A stretch of DNA of 63,959 nucleotides, filler included, from Lenisia limosa (Eukaryota; Protista; Breviatea), in NCBI GenBank assembly GCA_001655205.1. It is 13 parts of 13 records of this genome, joined end to end, with 100 filler letters (N's around TTAATTAATTAA, not from the genome) between each part and the next. Parts side by side here need not be neighbours in the genome. Positions count along the whole stretch, not along the records: positions 46,102 to 50,358 come from LPNZ01001677.1; positions 50,459 to 52,145 come from LPNZ01003157.1; positions 52,246 to 55,904 come from LPNZ01007640.1; positions 56,005 to 59,293 come from LPNZ01001807.1; positions 59,394 to 61,030 come from LPNZ01000197.1; positions 61,131 to 62,652 come from LPNZ01002606.1; 7 more parts are not named here. One strand, given 5' to 3'. The notes under the pieces were generated by a model. It searched no databases and was not told the DNA's origin. It saw nothing but the letters and a program-made list of their open reading frames with translations. Position numbers and translations under genes: made by a program. Each line of letters begins with the position of its first letter. Position 1 is the stretch's first letter. Below are positions 49,101-61,345 of this stretch, piece by piece.

Positions 49101-49950
49101 GCTCACAAACGGCCAACGCAGCGTTGAACTGGTATCCTGGGTGAATGAAATAAAAAAAACACATGGGGTGGTGAATGGATACGGCAAATTTATGAAATTT
49201 TTTTAAAAAACCATGCGAAATATCCAGAGCTAAAAACAACAAAGCTCAGGCAAGTCGCAATTGCAGCACCACATCCCAAGTAAAATATTTTTGAATCGGA
49301 AAACAAAATAGAGAAACAGACCACTGAGATATAGCAAACACGCAGGCAAGAGGTGTTGAAGACTATAAGCAAATACGAACGTATTGGCCATAGTTTCCCT
49401 CAACTTAAAAATACACACAGACCCTCCCCCTACCTATCAAAAATGTAATCAAATATGTTCCCAAACAAAGACACCACTCCAACCTATCAAAAATGTAATC
49501 AAATATGTTCCCAAACAAAGAAACCACTCCAACCTATCAAAAATGTAATCAAATATGTTCCCAAACAAAGACACCACTCCAACCTTCCCCTCATGAATAT
49601 ACCAAATATAATAACTAAAACAGACACACCCACTCCTTGAAAATATTAATATTCACCTTCGACACAAACACAGCCCTACATCTCCACCTTGAATATACAT
49701 AAGTAGGGCTTCCCTACGACCAAAAAAGTCCAACTCTCCCGATAAATCCTCGGTAACTATAGATATTTTGACGGTCTTTTTCGGACCGCAGGGAAGCCCT
49801 AATAATAACAATACCCCATCAACCTTCGACACAAACACAAGAGTTGAGTTCGTCCGTGAAGCCCAAAGTGACACTGTTGTTATGGCAAACGTCACAGATG
49901 TCGTCCAAAGTCAGCGTATAACCTGGGAAAATGAAGTGACAGGGTGTTAA
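46170..49950 (-). CDS. Cys-rich (GCC2/GCC3, ephrin-receptor-like repeat) surface/membrane protein; partial
   Basis: Exons GYQFNAALAVCEPCPIGTYK, GTYYIETTSAMCMPCNTGTYSATYDTLPCTAC, GIGATSQSLCLCIKGYY, CTICPTGGVCDGG..CPNINSC, YEGHMCATCSNGYYRFSEECREC. Confidence 0.7.
46470..46881. mobile_element. Possible MITE with GGATCC/CCGGAT-rich subterminal arrays
   Basis: Two clusters of GGATCC/ATCCGG motifs (46480-46520, 46775-46870) around an AT-rich core; ends ATAGCCCTA; left TIR not clear. Confidence 0.4.
47832..47930. mobile_element. MITE M1, diverged copy (another partial copy at ~47353-47410)
   Basis: TTCACTTCGGTTTGAAAA...TTTCGAAAAGAAGTTAAGCCC|TA. Confidence 0.75.
49432..49583. repeat. Tandem repeat, 3 x 50 bp
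   Basis: ACCTATCAAAAATGTAATCAAATATGTTCCCAAACAAAGACACCACTCCA x3 with one mismatch. Confidence 0.9.
49706..49799. mobile_element. MITE M1, diverged copy with TA on both sides
   Basis: TA|GGGCTTCCCTACGACC...CGGACCGCAGGGAAGCCC|TA. Confidence 0.75.
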
Positions 49951-50968
49951 AAATAGTACGTAAAACCAGAAATAGAAAAAAAAACATTCAGCATTGCGTT
50001 TAATAGGAATTTTAAATCGTCGAATTTCATAGTGTAACCTAAAAAAAACACTTAAAATAAAATAGAGTACTGTGTTTAAAATGAAGTGACAAATGATGAA
50101 GGTGTTTTAAAAAGTTTTAATTTCAGAAAGATCGCCCAAAAATAAAGTAAAACCAAGAAACCGGTAAAAATGAAAGAGTGAATAAGTGAGTGGGGTATCT
50201 AGAACAAGCGCCAGCAGTGAGTTTAATTCTTTAACACAGAAAGAAGTCCTGTATTCCTACTTGAAGAAAACAAATGACATAGTAAACCCTCAAAAGGACA
50301 CATCCCCCTCCTCCAATCAGTACCTTGGGAGCACATCCCCCTCCTCCAATCAGTACCTNNNNNNNNNNNNNNNNNNNNNNNNNNNNNNNNNNNNNNNNNN
50401 NNTTAATTAATTAANNNNNNNNNNNNNNNNNNNNNNNNNNNNNNNNNNNNNNNNNNNNGTAAGTACTTATTGCACATGGCTCACAAACAAGAGTAGTACT
50501 CGTATCCCCTGAAGGAATAAGGTTTACTTTTATAATAATAAAAAAATATATGATATAATTTGAAAATAACAAAACAAATCATTGATTTTGCTTACCAACA
50601 CTCCCTGCGCCGGGTTCACAAACGCACTGGCCAACGGTAGTGGAATCAAGACTTAGAACTTGGACTTGCCTGTTATGGTAAGTAGAATATTGGAATATTG
50701 AATGACTTGCCTGTTATGGTAAGTAGAATGTGTTGTAAACTTCATCGCCCAATATAGTAAACACCCCTCTATTTTCGTAAAACACCGCCATATTGGTTAG
50801 CTGTATTAACCCCCATGATATATAGCAATGAGAAATAAAAAAATAAGGTTGTATCTGGCCAAAGTCGTCCCCACCATCACGCTTATAAGAGATATTGAAT
50901 TACAGTATAATATTAATTCATAAACATACATATATATAGCATAGCTATATATATAAGTCCCTCAGTCT

Positions 50969-51018
50969 GAGTGCGATCGCAAGTATGAGTGCGATCACCA
51001 GTATGAGTGCGATCACAG
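50969..51018. repeat. Minisatellite, about 3 x 18 bp (GAGTGCGATC.C.AGTAT)
   Basis: Direct inspection. Confidence 0.8.
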
Positions 51019-51339
51019 AGGTGCCTACTTGTGATGCAAAATTCCATTTCGACCAAAAATCAATAAAAATTCCTAAAAAACGAGAATTATGTACAATATA
51101 TAATTTCTGAAGAGGCAAGCAATGAAACATTTCAGAGACTAATTTTGAACTGAACTACGTGGTCACCCAGTTGCCTTATAGCCTTTTTTTTATTTTAAAA
51201 ACCCCCTTTTAAAGTGAAAAAAGAAGTTTTTTACAGCGTTGTTATTGAGGTGTCCTTCATTTGGCATTAATACACAAGAACAAAGCCCTCGAACAAAAAG
51301 TTTGATTTCTTTCATTCAACCACTCGTTTAACCTCTCTA

Positions 51340-52145
51340 AAGCTATCAGCAAGAACCAAGAATGACCCACTATCCTGGTAATGTGGGTTCTAACCCCGGT
51401 ATGGTGACTTTTTGTTAATTCCCCTCTTTGTTGTTTTTTCTTTTTTTCTTTATACTCTTAGTAAATAAGCTTCATTTTCATCCGGAGTGTGTTCCGACCG
51501 CAAGGCGCGCAATTGATGCAATGATTGTATCGACTTACTCAGTAAACTACCATTCAGCAGGTCCTGTAGAACAGGTATGGATGGTTTAGTACCCCTTAGT
51601 GTGATTAATATTTTAGGTGCATGCACTGAAAAAAGTTTGGTTTTATGATGAGAAAATTGGCAGACGTATAAATATGACCAACCGTTATATTGCGTCGTAC
51701 TGCGGAATATCAACCTCTACAGTTTGGAACTCAGCCCCTCGATTTGGTGACATTTGTCGCTTTTAAGGCATAGTTATCCGCAAAACTTGACCGCATTTCA
51801 AACCCCATCCAGTCTGACAACAAGTCTTTGGAGCTGCGTGTTCTGCTTCTTGCAGCCGGTCTCCGCACTTACACAGGTTTTGGACCCGATTTCTGTCCAG
51901 AATGCATTTGAGCGTGCGGGGATCTTTGGCAATACCCTTACTTCTGATGACCCACGTGTTGCGATTAGACCGTCAGTCCTTCTCAAGCGTTGCCCTGGTG
52001 TGACCGATCTTGACGAACCTGTATCTCCACTGAAGCGGAAGTCTTTGGAAAGCACTGTCCTCAACGATACCCCTACCAGAAAGAGTGTCCGTACGTACAA
52101 GGAAGGCACTGCACAAGGAGACAGTATCAAAACTGCTGTTTTATT
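51340..52145 (+). CDS. Uncharacterised gene fragment
   Basis: AG/GT-bounded open exons (LHFHPECVPTARRAIDAMIVSTYSV; VLDPISVQNAFERAGIFG...SPLKRKSLE). Confidence 0.35.
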
Positions 52146-52848
52146 NNNNNNNNNNNNNNNNNNNNNNNNNNNNNNNNNNNNNNNNNNNNTTAATTAATTA
52201 ANNNNNNNNNNNNNNNNNNNNNNNNNNNNNNNNNNNNNNNNNNNNCGTCCACACCATCACGCTCTTTAAGAGATATTAGACTATTGTATAATATGAGTTC
52301 ACCCAATCATTTGCCTTACAACTGTGCACACAGCTTCCTGTGTGCCTCCTCGGCACATTACATTGGGATACCATATGCTCAAGGTCCAAAATTATGTCGT
52401 TATTTCGAATTCATGTCGTTAATTATTTACGGTCGCCAAATCAGCTATTCCCCTTCAAAATAGTACTATATTTCTGAGATATACACACTTAATTTGTTTA
52501 AGAAGGAAAACAAAGAAAAATATAACCTTTCAAAATTTTTCTTTTTTTTATGCAAAATCAGCACTTTATCGTGGAAATTTAATTTTTTTTAGCGCCACGC
52601 TCGCGCAATTTTTTTTCAGTTTATGCGCTCGCATTCTTCTCATATGTCCTTTTTTACGAGTTAAATTGTTGTGAAGTTGACCGTAACATGAGAAAGAGAC
52701 AGTCACAGAAAATTGAATTAACGACAATAATTCGAATTAACGACATAGTTTTGGACCTCGAGCATATATAAAAATACAAACACGAACCCCTTCGCACTGC
52801 ACAACAGGGATGAAATGCACCATTATTTCTTTCAACAATTGACATGCT

Positions 52849-53155
52849 GTAGAAGGGCGTTCTGCTACAAGTCATTGGGCGATGTGGTGGGAGCTGCCAA
52901 GGACTTCCAAACTGCTCAGGTGAGAGAGGGGCAAGTTATTCGAGGAGTGGGGAGGACAACTTCACCACTCACATGTGTTCAATGTTGATGGGTCCTTGTA
53001 GCTGATTGAATCAAACGTTCGCGTCTGTTTTGAGGAAACTGACTTGTTAATCTCAATACCCAGGCGTTGGACCCCACAAACCCCCTGCTAGTCGTCAACA
53101 TGAACACCATCAAGGACGTCGATTGTTTGGTGCTGGCACGGCCAGGGGATAAGTA
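52849..53155 (+). CDS. TPR-containing protein, C-terminal fragment
   Basis: RAFCYKSLGDVVGAAKDFQTAQ|ALDPTNPLLVVNMNTIKDVDCLVLARPGDK fits the TPR consensus (RA.....LG....A..DF..A..LDP.N). Confidence 0.5.
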
Positions 53156-53589
53156 GGGGGTATCATAGTTGACCTTTTTCCTGACAATTACTACTGGTTT
53201 ATTTTTCCAAAGTTGTTTTTTTTTTTGCTTGTGTAATATCTGTGCAATTCCTCCAACCCCTTCAGCGGCCTTCCTTTGGAGACTGATGTTCGTAAGCACA
53301 CATTACCGCAGGTTAGACTAGTGCTTATATATTCATAGCTTTCTTATTTTTGAGCAGGAAATATGTATGTACTATTCATCATCAAGGGAAACAAATATAT
53401 CGTTCCATCTCTTTATATATTATCTACTAATACAAACATAATAATATACATAGAATATGATATGATTATGTATTGTATATGAGAAGCAGTTTGTATTGCT
53501 AATATGTCGTATGCTTCAAGAATTTTGCACCAGACATGTTTATAGCTGGATTTTGAACCACAATACGGCATAATATGCTGACATTGTAG

Positions 53590-55800
53590 GTGGTAATCAA
53601 GCGACAAGAAGAGGTTCTCGCCACGCGCAATATTGTGGCGTCCTCGCGCATCCTGCCGAGTGAGGAATCTTCAGGTTAGAGGGGGGGGGGGGTCATGTAG
53701 CCTTGGGGTAGGAAGTGATGATGAATGGTCTTTTTTTTTTTTTTGATTCATTNNNNNNNNNNNNNNNNNNNNNNNNNNNNNNNNNNNNNNNNNNNNNNNN
53801 NNNNNNNNNNNNNNNNNNNNNNNNNNNNNNNNNNNNNNNNNNNNNNNNNNNNNNNNNNNNNNNNNNNNNNNNNNNNNNNNNNNNNNNNNNNNNNNNNNNN
53901 NNNNNNNNNNNNNNNNNNNNNNNNNNNNNNNNNNNNNNNNNNNNNNNNNNNNNNNNNNNNNNNNNNNNNNNNNNNNNNNAAAAAAAAAACGCAATTGCAA
54001 AAATGAAATAAATCAAGAAACAAGGTGATACAGGAGGTCTAATCGTCCACCTCAGCCGATATGTTGGCGTTATGTACAGGGGGGGCTCGTGATGATGACG
54101 AGGAAAGCGTCACCTCAGGTTCGACCTAAGGGAGTGAGTGGAAACTTTATGTAGCAAAAAAAACCTTCATCAACCCCACTGACTAAACAGTTGAGCCATA
54201 TTGCTCAATAGCACTTTAAAAAAAAACATAAAAAAAAATACAAGCCTTTTCTTTGAATTTTCAACTGCCCACCGAAGAAATGACATCATCCTTCCGGGCT
54301 TGCACCAAGAAGTGGCTATCTTCCAATGGCAGTCTTAGGGGTCAGGTATACATGTATCAGGGATCAGGGATGATATTGTGTCAGCATCTAAACCACATCT
54401 CATATCATTTGATCGTAGAATATGCCTTTTCGTACGACCAAAATTGTTTGTATTTCCCCCCTCCCACAGAGTCTTTGGGACCCAAATAATATGATGAGAC
54501 CCCCTCATCGCCTACATTCTGGGTGATCCTAATTTCTCCAGCTTTTCTGTCATCTTTTCAAGACGTTTTCGGGCGATGGACTGACCGCGGTTAGAGACCA
54601 TTGGAAGGAGGTGAAAAAAAGGAGTAAAGAAAAGGGGACACTAGGCTGTGCGGTTAATAAAAGAGGTTCATTACACTTAAAGGGATAAGAAAGCGGGTTA
54701 TTAGACTATATAGTAGCTAATAAAAGGGAGCAATATAAAGGGTTAGAAATAGGGCTTCACTTCGGTTTAGGAAAAGACTGAATTTCTCGATAAATCCTCG
54801 AAAACTATCGATAATTTACCGGTCTTTTCAAACCGAAGTGTTAGGAAAAGATACCACGAGTTAAGAGTACCCGGGGAGGCATACGACAAGATCATGGAGC
54901 AAAGGCAAGGGATAGCGAGCAGTGGCAATATGTAACATCATCCTTAGACCCCACATATGACACCTCCGAGTTGGCAGGTCGATAAGAGCCCTCGCGGTAG
55001 AAGAAGTCCTGGCTGCCCTCAACGTAGAACAGTCGGAAAGATGCCACGCAGATCTTGCATTCTGGGGAGTGAGAAGAAGTACTCTGGGNNNNNNNNNNNN
55101 NNNNNNNNNNNNNNNNNNNNNNNNNNNNNNNNNNNNNNNNNNNNNNNNNNNNNNNNNNNNNNNNNNNNNNNNNNNNNNNNNNCCATTTTACGTAGCAAGA
55201 AAATATATGAAATAAATCCTACTCCTCACCCCTCACCAAGTCCATTGTGGATCTTCAGCCCGAGAAGGTGGTTTTCCGCCTCTTCAGAACCGTCAAAGAT
55301 GCGTACAGACCTGAACAGCGTCAGAGAGGGTGGGATTGGAAAAATTTTGAAACACAAAAAAAAAGACCAGATCCAACTTGTTGGGAAAAACAAAACGGAG
55401 GAGAGTTATATTGGGTTAGTGGGGGTAATGAATAGAGTATCAGCCACCTTCTTAAGTAGACCCTGCTCTTGAATGGATCGATTCGAATGATGTCGCTATG
55501 TACGTAGTTGGCCACGTAGTGGCTCCAACTGAACCGTTAAAACCATCAAGTTAAAACAGCACGTTAAATTCAGCATGTTAAAACAGTTTTTATTTTAAAA
55601 AATTGTTAAATACTGCCAACAAAATAAAATAAAACGGGATAGTTAGAAGAATGTCGATGTATGTGATGGAAGCCCTACTATTCTGTTATCTTTACCCCCC
55701 CCCTCCCACTTCTCGGCCATTTCCTTGTTATCTTGAACCGGATCATATTTGGTGGTGTTGACCATTCCAAGGCGAACTTCAAGCTCGTCTGTCAGCTGTG
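53590..55800 (-). CDS. Uncharacterised multi-exon gene, partial
   Basis: Exons TDELEVRLGMVNTTKYDPVQDNKEMAEK, WSHYVANYVHSDIIRIDPFKSRVYLRR, LHIATARYPLPLLHDLVVCLPG, MVSNRGQSIARKRLEKMTEKLEKLG. Confidence 0.45.
54752..54840. mobile_element. MITE M1 copy, right TIR truncated
   Basis: TA|GGGCTTCACTTCGGTTTAGG...CAAACCGAAGTG. Confidence 0.85.
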
Positions 55801-56137
55801 GGAGGAGGAGGTAAAAGAAAGGAAATTTCGATGAATATCACGAACCGAATAATCTGAAACTCCAAACAAACAAAAAAAAAAACAAGCAGTAACAAACACG
55901 TGGGNNNNNNNNNNNNNNNNNNNNNNNNNNNNNNNNNNNNNNNNNNNNTTAATTAATTAANNNNNNNNNNNNNNNNNNNNNNNNNNNNNNNNNNNNNNNN
56001 NNNNAACAAAAGAAACAAAGCCCTAGCACCGCATCCCTCAAGGGAGGGGGTAAACGAAAACAATTTCGATAAAAAAAAAAATCAGCGAAGGTACTCATCA
56101 TGAAATACAATAATTAAAACAAAATTAAATGCCCCAT

Positions 56138-57569
56138 TCACCCACCACTGGGAGAGAGGGGCGGGGAGAAGGGCTTGAGGACGGCAGGGATGTGGGAAGG
56201 AGAGAAGACGCGGAGGGTGCTTCGAGACTTGGGGAGCTGATATCTATCAGTTGCATGTTGACTATCCGGAGGTACAAAAAAAACAGGTCAAATGAGTGAT
56301 GTTTTATTTCTTGAAACAAAAGTGGTGACAAATTGGATGAAATAACAATATCAAATCAAATGCTATTTTGAGATACTAGTAATTAAAGCCCTTCTGTGTC
56401 ACAAATGGCCATGTTATATGGTTGAACCTCACATAATATTGAAACTAGTTTGAAGTGAGACCAATTATACATGAAGCTCACCTGAGTGATGGTGATGCAA
56501 GAGAGGGGGTAGCAGGAGACTTGCTTTGGTTAGCCCTGGCGTTTTGAAGAAGCCTCTTTTGATTTTCGAGTAATTGAGCATCACTCAACCCGGACGCCTT
56601 TGCTGCCTTTTTGTTTTTCGCAGCCTTTTGGGTGAATGTTTTTGGAAAGAAAATCGTTGAAGAGAATAACTCAATAAAATGACTACATGATCCTTAAACT
56701 TTGAGTGGGTTCAGTAAGTGATGCAATTTTCAATTCCTGAGAATTGCCTACTTTCCTTATTCCGCTGATGTGGCCTTAAAGAAAGCTGATCTCGAATATG
56801 GTATACAACATCTTTTGTCACTTTAAGTCTCTTCCACATCTCTTTTAACAACAGCTTTCAATCATAACACCATGGTTTGCAGGTTTTCTTTTGAATGATG
56901 TGACACAAAATAACTATTGATGTGATTGCACGTGATAAGTCCACACATAATGCCAGCATTGGTATTCCGTAGCTATAGGTGACACAAAATGACAACACCC
57001 AGGACTACCTGATCGCTTTGTTTTGTGGATTCAAGTGAGTCAACTGCGACTTGTCTTAATCGAGGCATGTCAAGGTTCTGTTATCATAAAAAAAAACTGC
57101 CTATCATTGGGGGATTCTCAAAAAAGCAACTTGCCAATATAAAATGAGTCCAAACAACTTAAAAAAATTAAAAAAATTAAATGATTTGTGATTATAGAAA
57201 TGGTGGGGGGTGTCATCTTTCACTCTCTCTCCCAACCTTGAGAGCCTGGGTAAGATGTGGTCCAGCAATGAGGTTCTTCTTATTTGCATTGGCAACGTCA
57301 TTCATTTCAGTTGTGATCACTTGGAGAAGCTCTATATGGGTGTAAGGCTATTAAGGGAGGTCTGAAGCAGTAATTGAAGAAACCACTACTGCATAATTTA
57401 GGCAACTAACCATTACAAGACTCTCTAATTAATTCTTTAGCAGCATTAGCCATCGAAATGTCCTCTGGGAGGCTTTCTTTAATTAAAGCAACCACTGGAG
57501 CTACATACATTAGATGCCGTCATATGAATCGTAATATTTACCTTTAGGTAAAGATAGATCTTCACTCAT
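56138..57569 (-). CDS. DR1: Negative cofactor 2 beta (Dr1), histone-fold protein
   Basis: MSEDLSLPK|APVVALIKESLPEDISMANAAKELIRESCN|...TEMNDVANANKKNLIAGPHLTQALK|...SGLSDAQLLENQKRLLQNAR; TGA at 56138-56140. Confidence 0.85.
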
Positions 57570-57846
57570 TATGACAGGAGTGCGAAAAAAAACTTTCACA
57601 AAATTACTCAGCCACCTGAATTCGAATCTAGATAACTATTATTACTTTTTTATTAATGTAAGTTATGGTTTTCCAAAATCAGTGTCTCTGGTCTATTTTC
57701 TCTGCTGACCAAAATACCTTTTTAAGACCTGGGGTGTTTATACAATCTAAAAGTGACAAAATGTGGTGATTTCTTCATGATAACAGTGATTTTACTGCAT
57801 TTACACATTTACACGCACAAATAGATAATAGTACCGGGGGTCTATA

Positions 57847-59293
57847 ATGGCAAAGACCTGGAATCACTTGACAAACTTGATTATCCGACCAGACAGGTAC
57901 TCTTCTGTGCTATGCTCCATTGAAAATTAATCTTCATTGTAGATACACCTATTCTGAAGATGACCTTGGACCCAAACTCTTCACATTGCGTATGATGCCA
58001 CCTTACCCAGTTTTTCTCTGACGCTTTTAGAAGAGAGAATGTTTTGCAGGCAGGATCTCCAATTAAAGAATAGTTATGGAGACACTATTGAATGCTCACA
58101 TTATATGCCAGTAGATGGCCATCGCCCTGCCGACCAACTTCCTTGTGTTGTCTATCTACATGGTAAACGGTTGCCAAAAGTCTGGTCGTTATTTTTCCAC
58201 GAATTGAAATTTAATATTTATTGCAGCATTATGCGCTCTTTTCTCAAATCTCAATTTAAACGACTTGCTTCTCGCTTTTGGCATTTTGTTTATTCTATTC
58301 AGGTAATAGTGGATGTCGACTGGAAGCGTTCATGACCGCTGAAATGCTGCTTCCCCTAAATATCACGGTCTTTTCCCTTGACTTTGCGGGGTGTGGCAAC
58401 AGCTCAGGTTTGAAAATAATCTAGTTTTTTTTCCTGGACAGTTTAATTTTGTTCTCATCAATCAGGAGAATATGTGACATTAGGAGTGAGGGAGGTGGAT
58501 GACGTTGCCACCGTGATTCAATACTTGAGGGACAGTGGCTGCGTGTCACTAATCGGCCTTCACGGGCGGTAGGTTCTTCATGTTCATGTTCTCGTTTATC
58601 TATAAAGCTCTATGGGTGCTGTTTCCGCTTTGTATTACTCTGCGCAAGACCCATCAATCGCAGCAATAGTCCTTGACAGCCCCTTTTCAAGCCTTAAAAA
58701 GGTAAGATGATGGGCTTGGGACTCTTGTGACTATTTCAGGTTTGTTTTGAGCTTGTGAAGCAATACAAGTCTTGGATCCCAAAAAGTGTTGTCTCAATGA
58801 GTCTGGGTGTAATGCGCAACGCTATTCAAAAGAAGGCCAAATTCGACCTTTAGTAGGAATCATTGAACTTATGGATTGTTTTTTTGACTACTTCTAATGA
58901 CCCACCAGTGATGTCAATCCCGAAGATGTTGTTGGATCATGTTATGTTCCTGCTTTATTTGGGCATGGTGAAGATGATGATTTCATTCCAATGCATCATT
59001 CCAAGACTTTGTAAGTGGGACATATCGGAGTCCTTTGCTTCCGACACATTTTGTCATCCTTCAGATTTAGGTATTATGCAGGGGACAAGCGGTTAATGAC
59101 TTTTGAAGGTTTGTAATCGCCTACCAATGTACATCTGTTAATTGCTTAATTTACTTGATTAGGAGATCACAATAGCAATAGACCGGAAGAGTTCAACTCA
59201 CATCTCACCATCTTCTTCTATACAACACTGGTACAGGGTCATGATTTCGACCCTTATCAGCCTAAAGACAGCAGTCCTGTCCCTACTGGCTCG
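57847..59293 (+). CDS. Alpha/beta hydrolase (serine aminopeptidase S33/YqkD-like); 3' partial
   Basis: NLIIRPDRY..DDLGP; PCVVYLHGNSGCRLEA; FSLDFAGCGNSSGEYVTLG; IGLHGR|SMGA nucleophile elbow; VLDSPFSSL; GHGEDDDFI (Asp); FEGDHNSNRP (His). Confidence 0.9.
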
Positions 59294-59399
59294 NNNNNNN
59301 NNNNNNNNNNNNNNNNNNNNNNNNNNNNNNNNNNNNNTTAATTAATTAANNNNNNNNNNNNNNNNNNNNNNNNNNNNNNNNNNNNNNNNNNNNCCCCCC

Positions 59400-60860
59400 C
59401 CCCCCTTCACCAGGGCTGAGGTATCATAGGGACTTTCATTCGACAAAGCAGTGGACGTTGCAACCATGGCCGACTCTGGAGAAGTTAGCAGAAAGATAGG
59501 TTGACTCTGATACCAACATCACACCACACCCTACTATCATTACCTTAACACAGCAATATAACACCTTAACCCTACACCATCATCATCACCATTATCATCA
59601 CCATCATCATCATCATCATCGTCATCAGTCCAGCCCTCAGCTTCAGCTAAGGGGGTTTTGTTCACTGAAAGGTTCTGTCGTTTCTTCCCTTCACTGACCT
59701 GTTGAAACAGTCACTCGGAAATAAAAACTAAATAAATTTATTGTTTTAAGCAAATCAAGGGAGAAAAACAGAAAGACTTCCATAACCCTCAAAAATGTCG
59801 TATACTATATGAATGAATAGAAAATACCTTCATAAAAATAAGCAGTTAATTTAACAAAACATGAATTTCCTTCAGATTCCCCTTCACTTTCAAGTTTTAC
59901 CTTATCTAATCCACCCACAGCTTTATTGATGATTTTTTCGATTTGTTCAGGGTCCTCGACCCCTAGTTCCCCAGCCTTTTCCATCAGCTGCGAGCGAAGG
60001 AGACTTTCCTTTTATGGTAAGTAGAGCAGAAATCATGGGATAAGTTTGTGGCGGACTTTCCAAGAAAAAAAGCCACCCAAAGCCCAAAATGGAAGTTTTA
60101 TGTTTATAAGTGAAAGAAAGGAATGAACAACGCATAATTCAAGCACAAAGTAAAATGAAATACTCAAAACAAAACAAAGCAATTAGGCTCTAACTTGGGC
60201 TTCACTTCGGTCAAAAAAAGACCAATAAAATAAAGATAGTTTTCGCGGATTTTTCAAGAAAATCAGTCTTTTTTGAAACGAAGTGAAGCCCTGATCATAG
60301 ATGATCCAAAGATGCTTCAAAAACAGGAATAAACACAAGGTAGTTCAGTAGTTGTTTGAAAATGGAAATGTAATTTTCCGCTATCTGAGGCCATATTACA
60401 AGAAAAAAAACCCCTACTGAATCCTAAATGGGTTTACTTTCTAAACTGCACAGATGGCTTCAAATTATTTGCCAATACACACCAAAGACTACCGAATAAC
60501 CTTACAGGTAGGGCTTCACTTCGGTTCGAAAAAAGTCTGAATTTTCTCAAAAACCGTCGATATCTTACCGGTCTTTTCGAACCGAAGTGAAGCCCCAGTT
60601 GCAGGCCTATTTACCTGTTCATCTGATAGCTCAGTTGGCTGCTCCTGAGGCACGAAACCACTGTGGGTGGAGCCTGGGGAATGATTAAATGTCCTGATAG
60701 GTATGCTGGGGAGGCACGCAGAAAGCTGTGTAAAGAGTTGTAAGGCAAATGATTGGGTGAATTAATATGATACTATCACCCAATATCTCGACTAAGCGTG
60801 ATGGTGTGGACAGCTTCGGCAGAACCTTATTCTCATTGATAGAGTTTACTATATACTACA
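59400..60860 (-). CDS. Uncharacterised gene fragment
   Basis: In-frame splice chain NSINENKVLPKL|TFNHSPGSTHSGFVPQEQPTELSDEQ|IAENYISIFKQLLNYL; further exon ESLLRSQLMEKAGELGVEDPEQIEKIINKA. Confidence 0.5.
60197..60291. mobile_element. MITE M1 copy
   Basis: GGGCTTCACTTCGGTCAAAA...TTTGAAACGAAGTGAAGCCC. Confidence 0.85.
60511..60595. mobile_element. MITE M1 copy with near-perfect TIRs
   Basis: TA|GGGCTTCACTTCGGTTCGAAAA...TTTTCGAACCGAAGTGAAGCCC|CA. Confidence 0.9.
60701..60813 (+). repeat. Intronic repeat R1 (~113 bp), full copy; others at 3067, 12432, 12557, 20529, 22803, 50867, 52247, 61131, 63107
   Basis: Shared core GGAGGCACGCAGAAAGC...GTAAGGCAAATGATTGGGTG...CCAATATCTC...AGCGTGATGGTGTGGACAG in either orientation; no TIR seen. 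Confidence 0.9.
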
Positions 60861-61209
60861 TAACATATAGATGAGAAATAAAGCAAGATTCAATGATATG
60901 CATCTGGAAGGACTCTGCCAAAATTTTGAATTGAAGTGTTTGAAAAAGGGCTCTTCCCAACCTTGCAACGTATTAGTTATTCGCTCGACAATTTGAACAA
61001 TATGAGTGACGTTTTTCCATCCTTTTTCGGNNNNNNNNNNNNNNNNNNNNNNNNNNNNNNNNNNNNNNNNNNNNTTAATTAATTAANNNNNNNNNNNNNN
61101 NNNNNNNNNNNNNNNNNNNNNNNNNNNNNNAAGAGATATTGGATTATGCACACAGCTTTCTGCGTGCCTCCCCAGCAATTGACTATATTGACTATAATCT
61201 TGAATGCCC

Positions 61210-61345
61210 ACCTTGGATATACTGAATTCCTTGATTGAGCTTGGCAAATATGAAAAGGATGTTTTTAATAGCATGATAGTGTGGCGTCGCGGCGTCTTGA
61301 AGTTCCTGGGGGGTGGCCTGGAGGAAGTGAGAATAAGATAGTGTT
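61210..61345 (-). CDS. TBC-domain Rab GAP (TBC1D13-like) exon
   Basis: HYHAIKNILFIFAKLNQGIQYIQG matches the TBC motif ILF+YAKLN.G+.Y+QG(MN). Confidence 0.75.

Noticed and set aside
49432-49583. Short direct repeats resembling a CRISPR array
   Set aside because: Head-to-tail units with no spacers, eukaryotic intron context, and no cas genes.
60300-60700. Ribosomal L1/RSL1D1-like similarity (LSDEQIAENY)
   Set aside because: Too short and not supported by the flanking exons.
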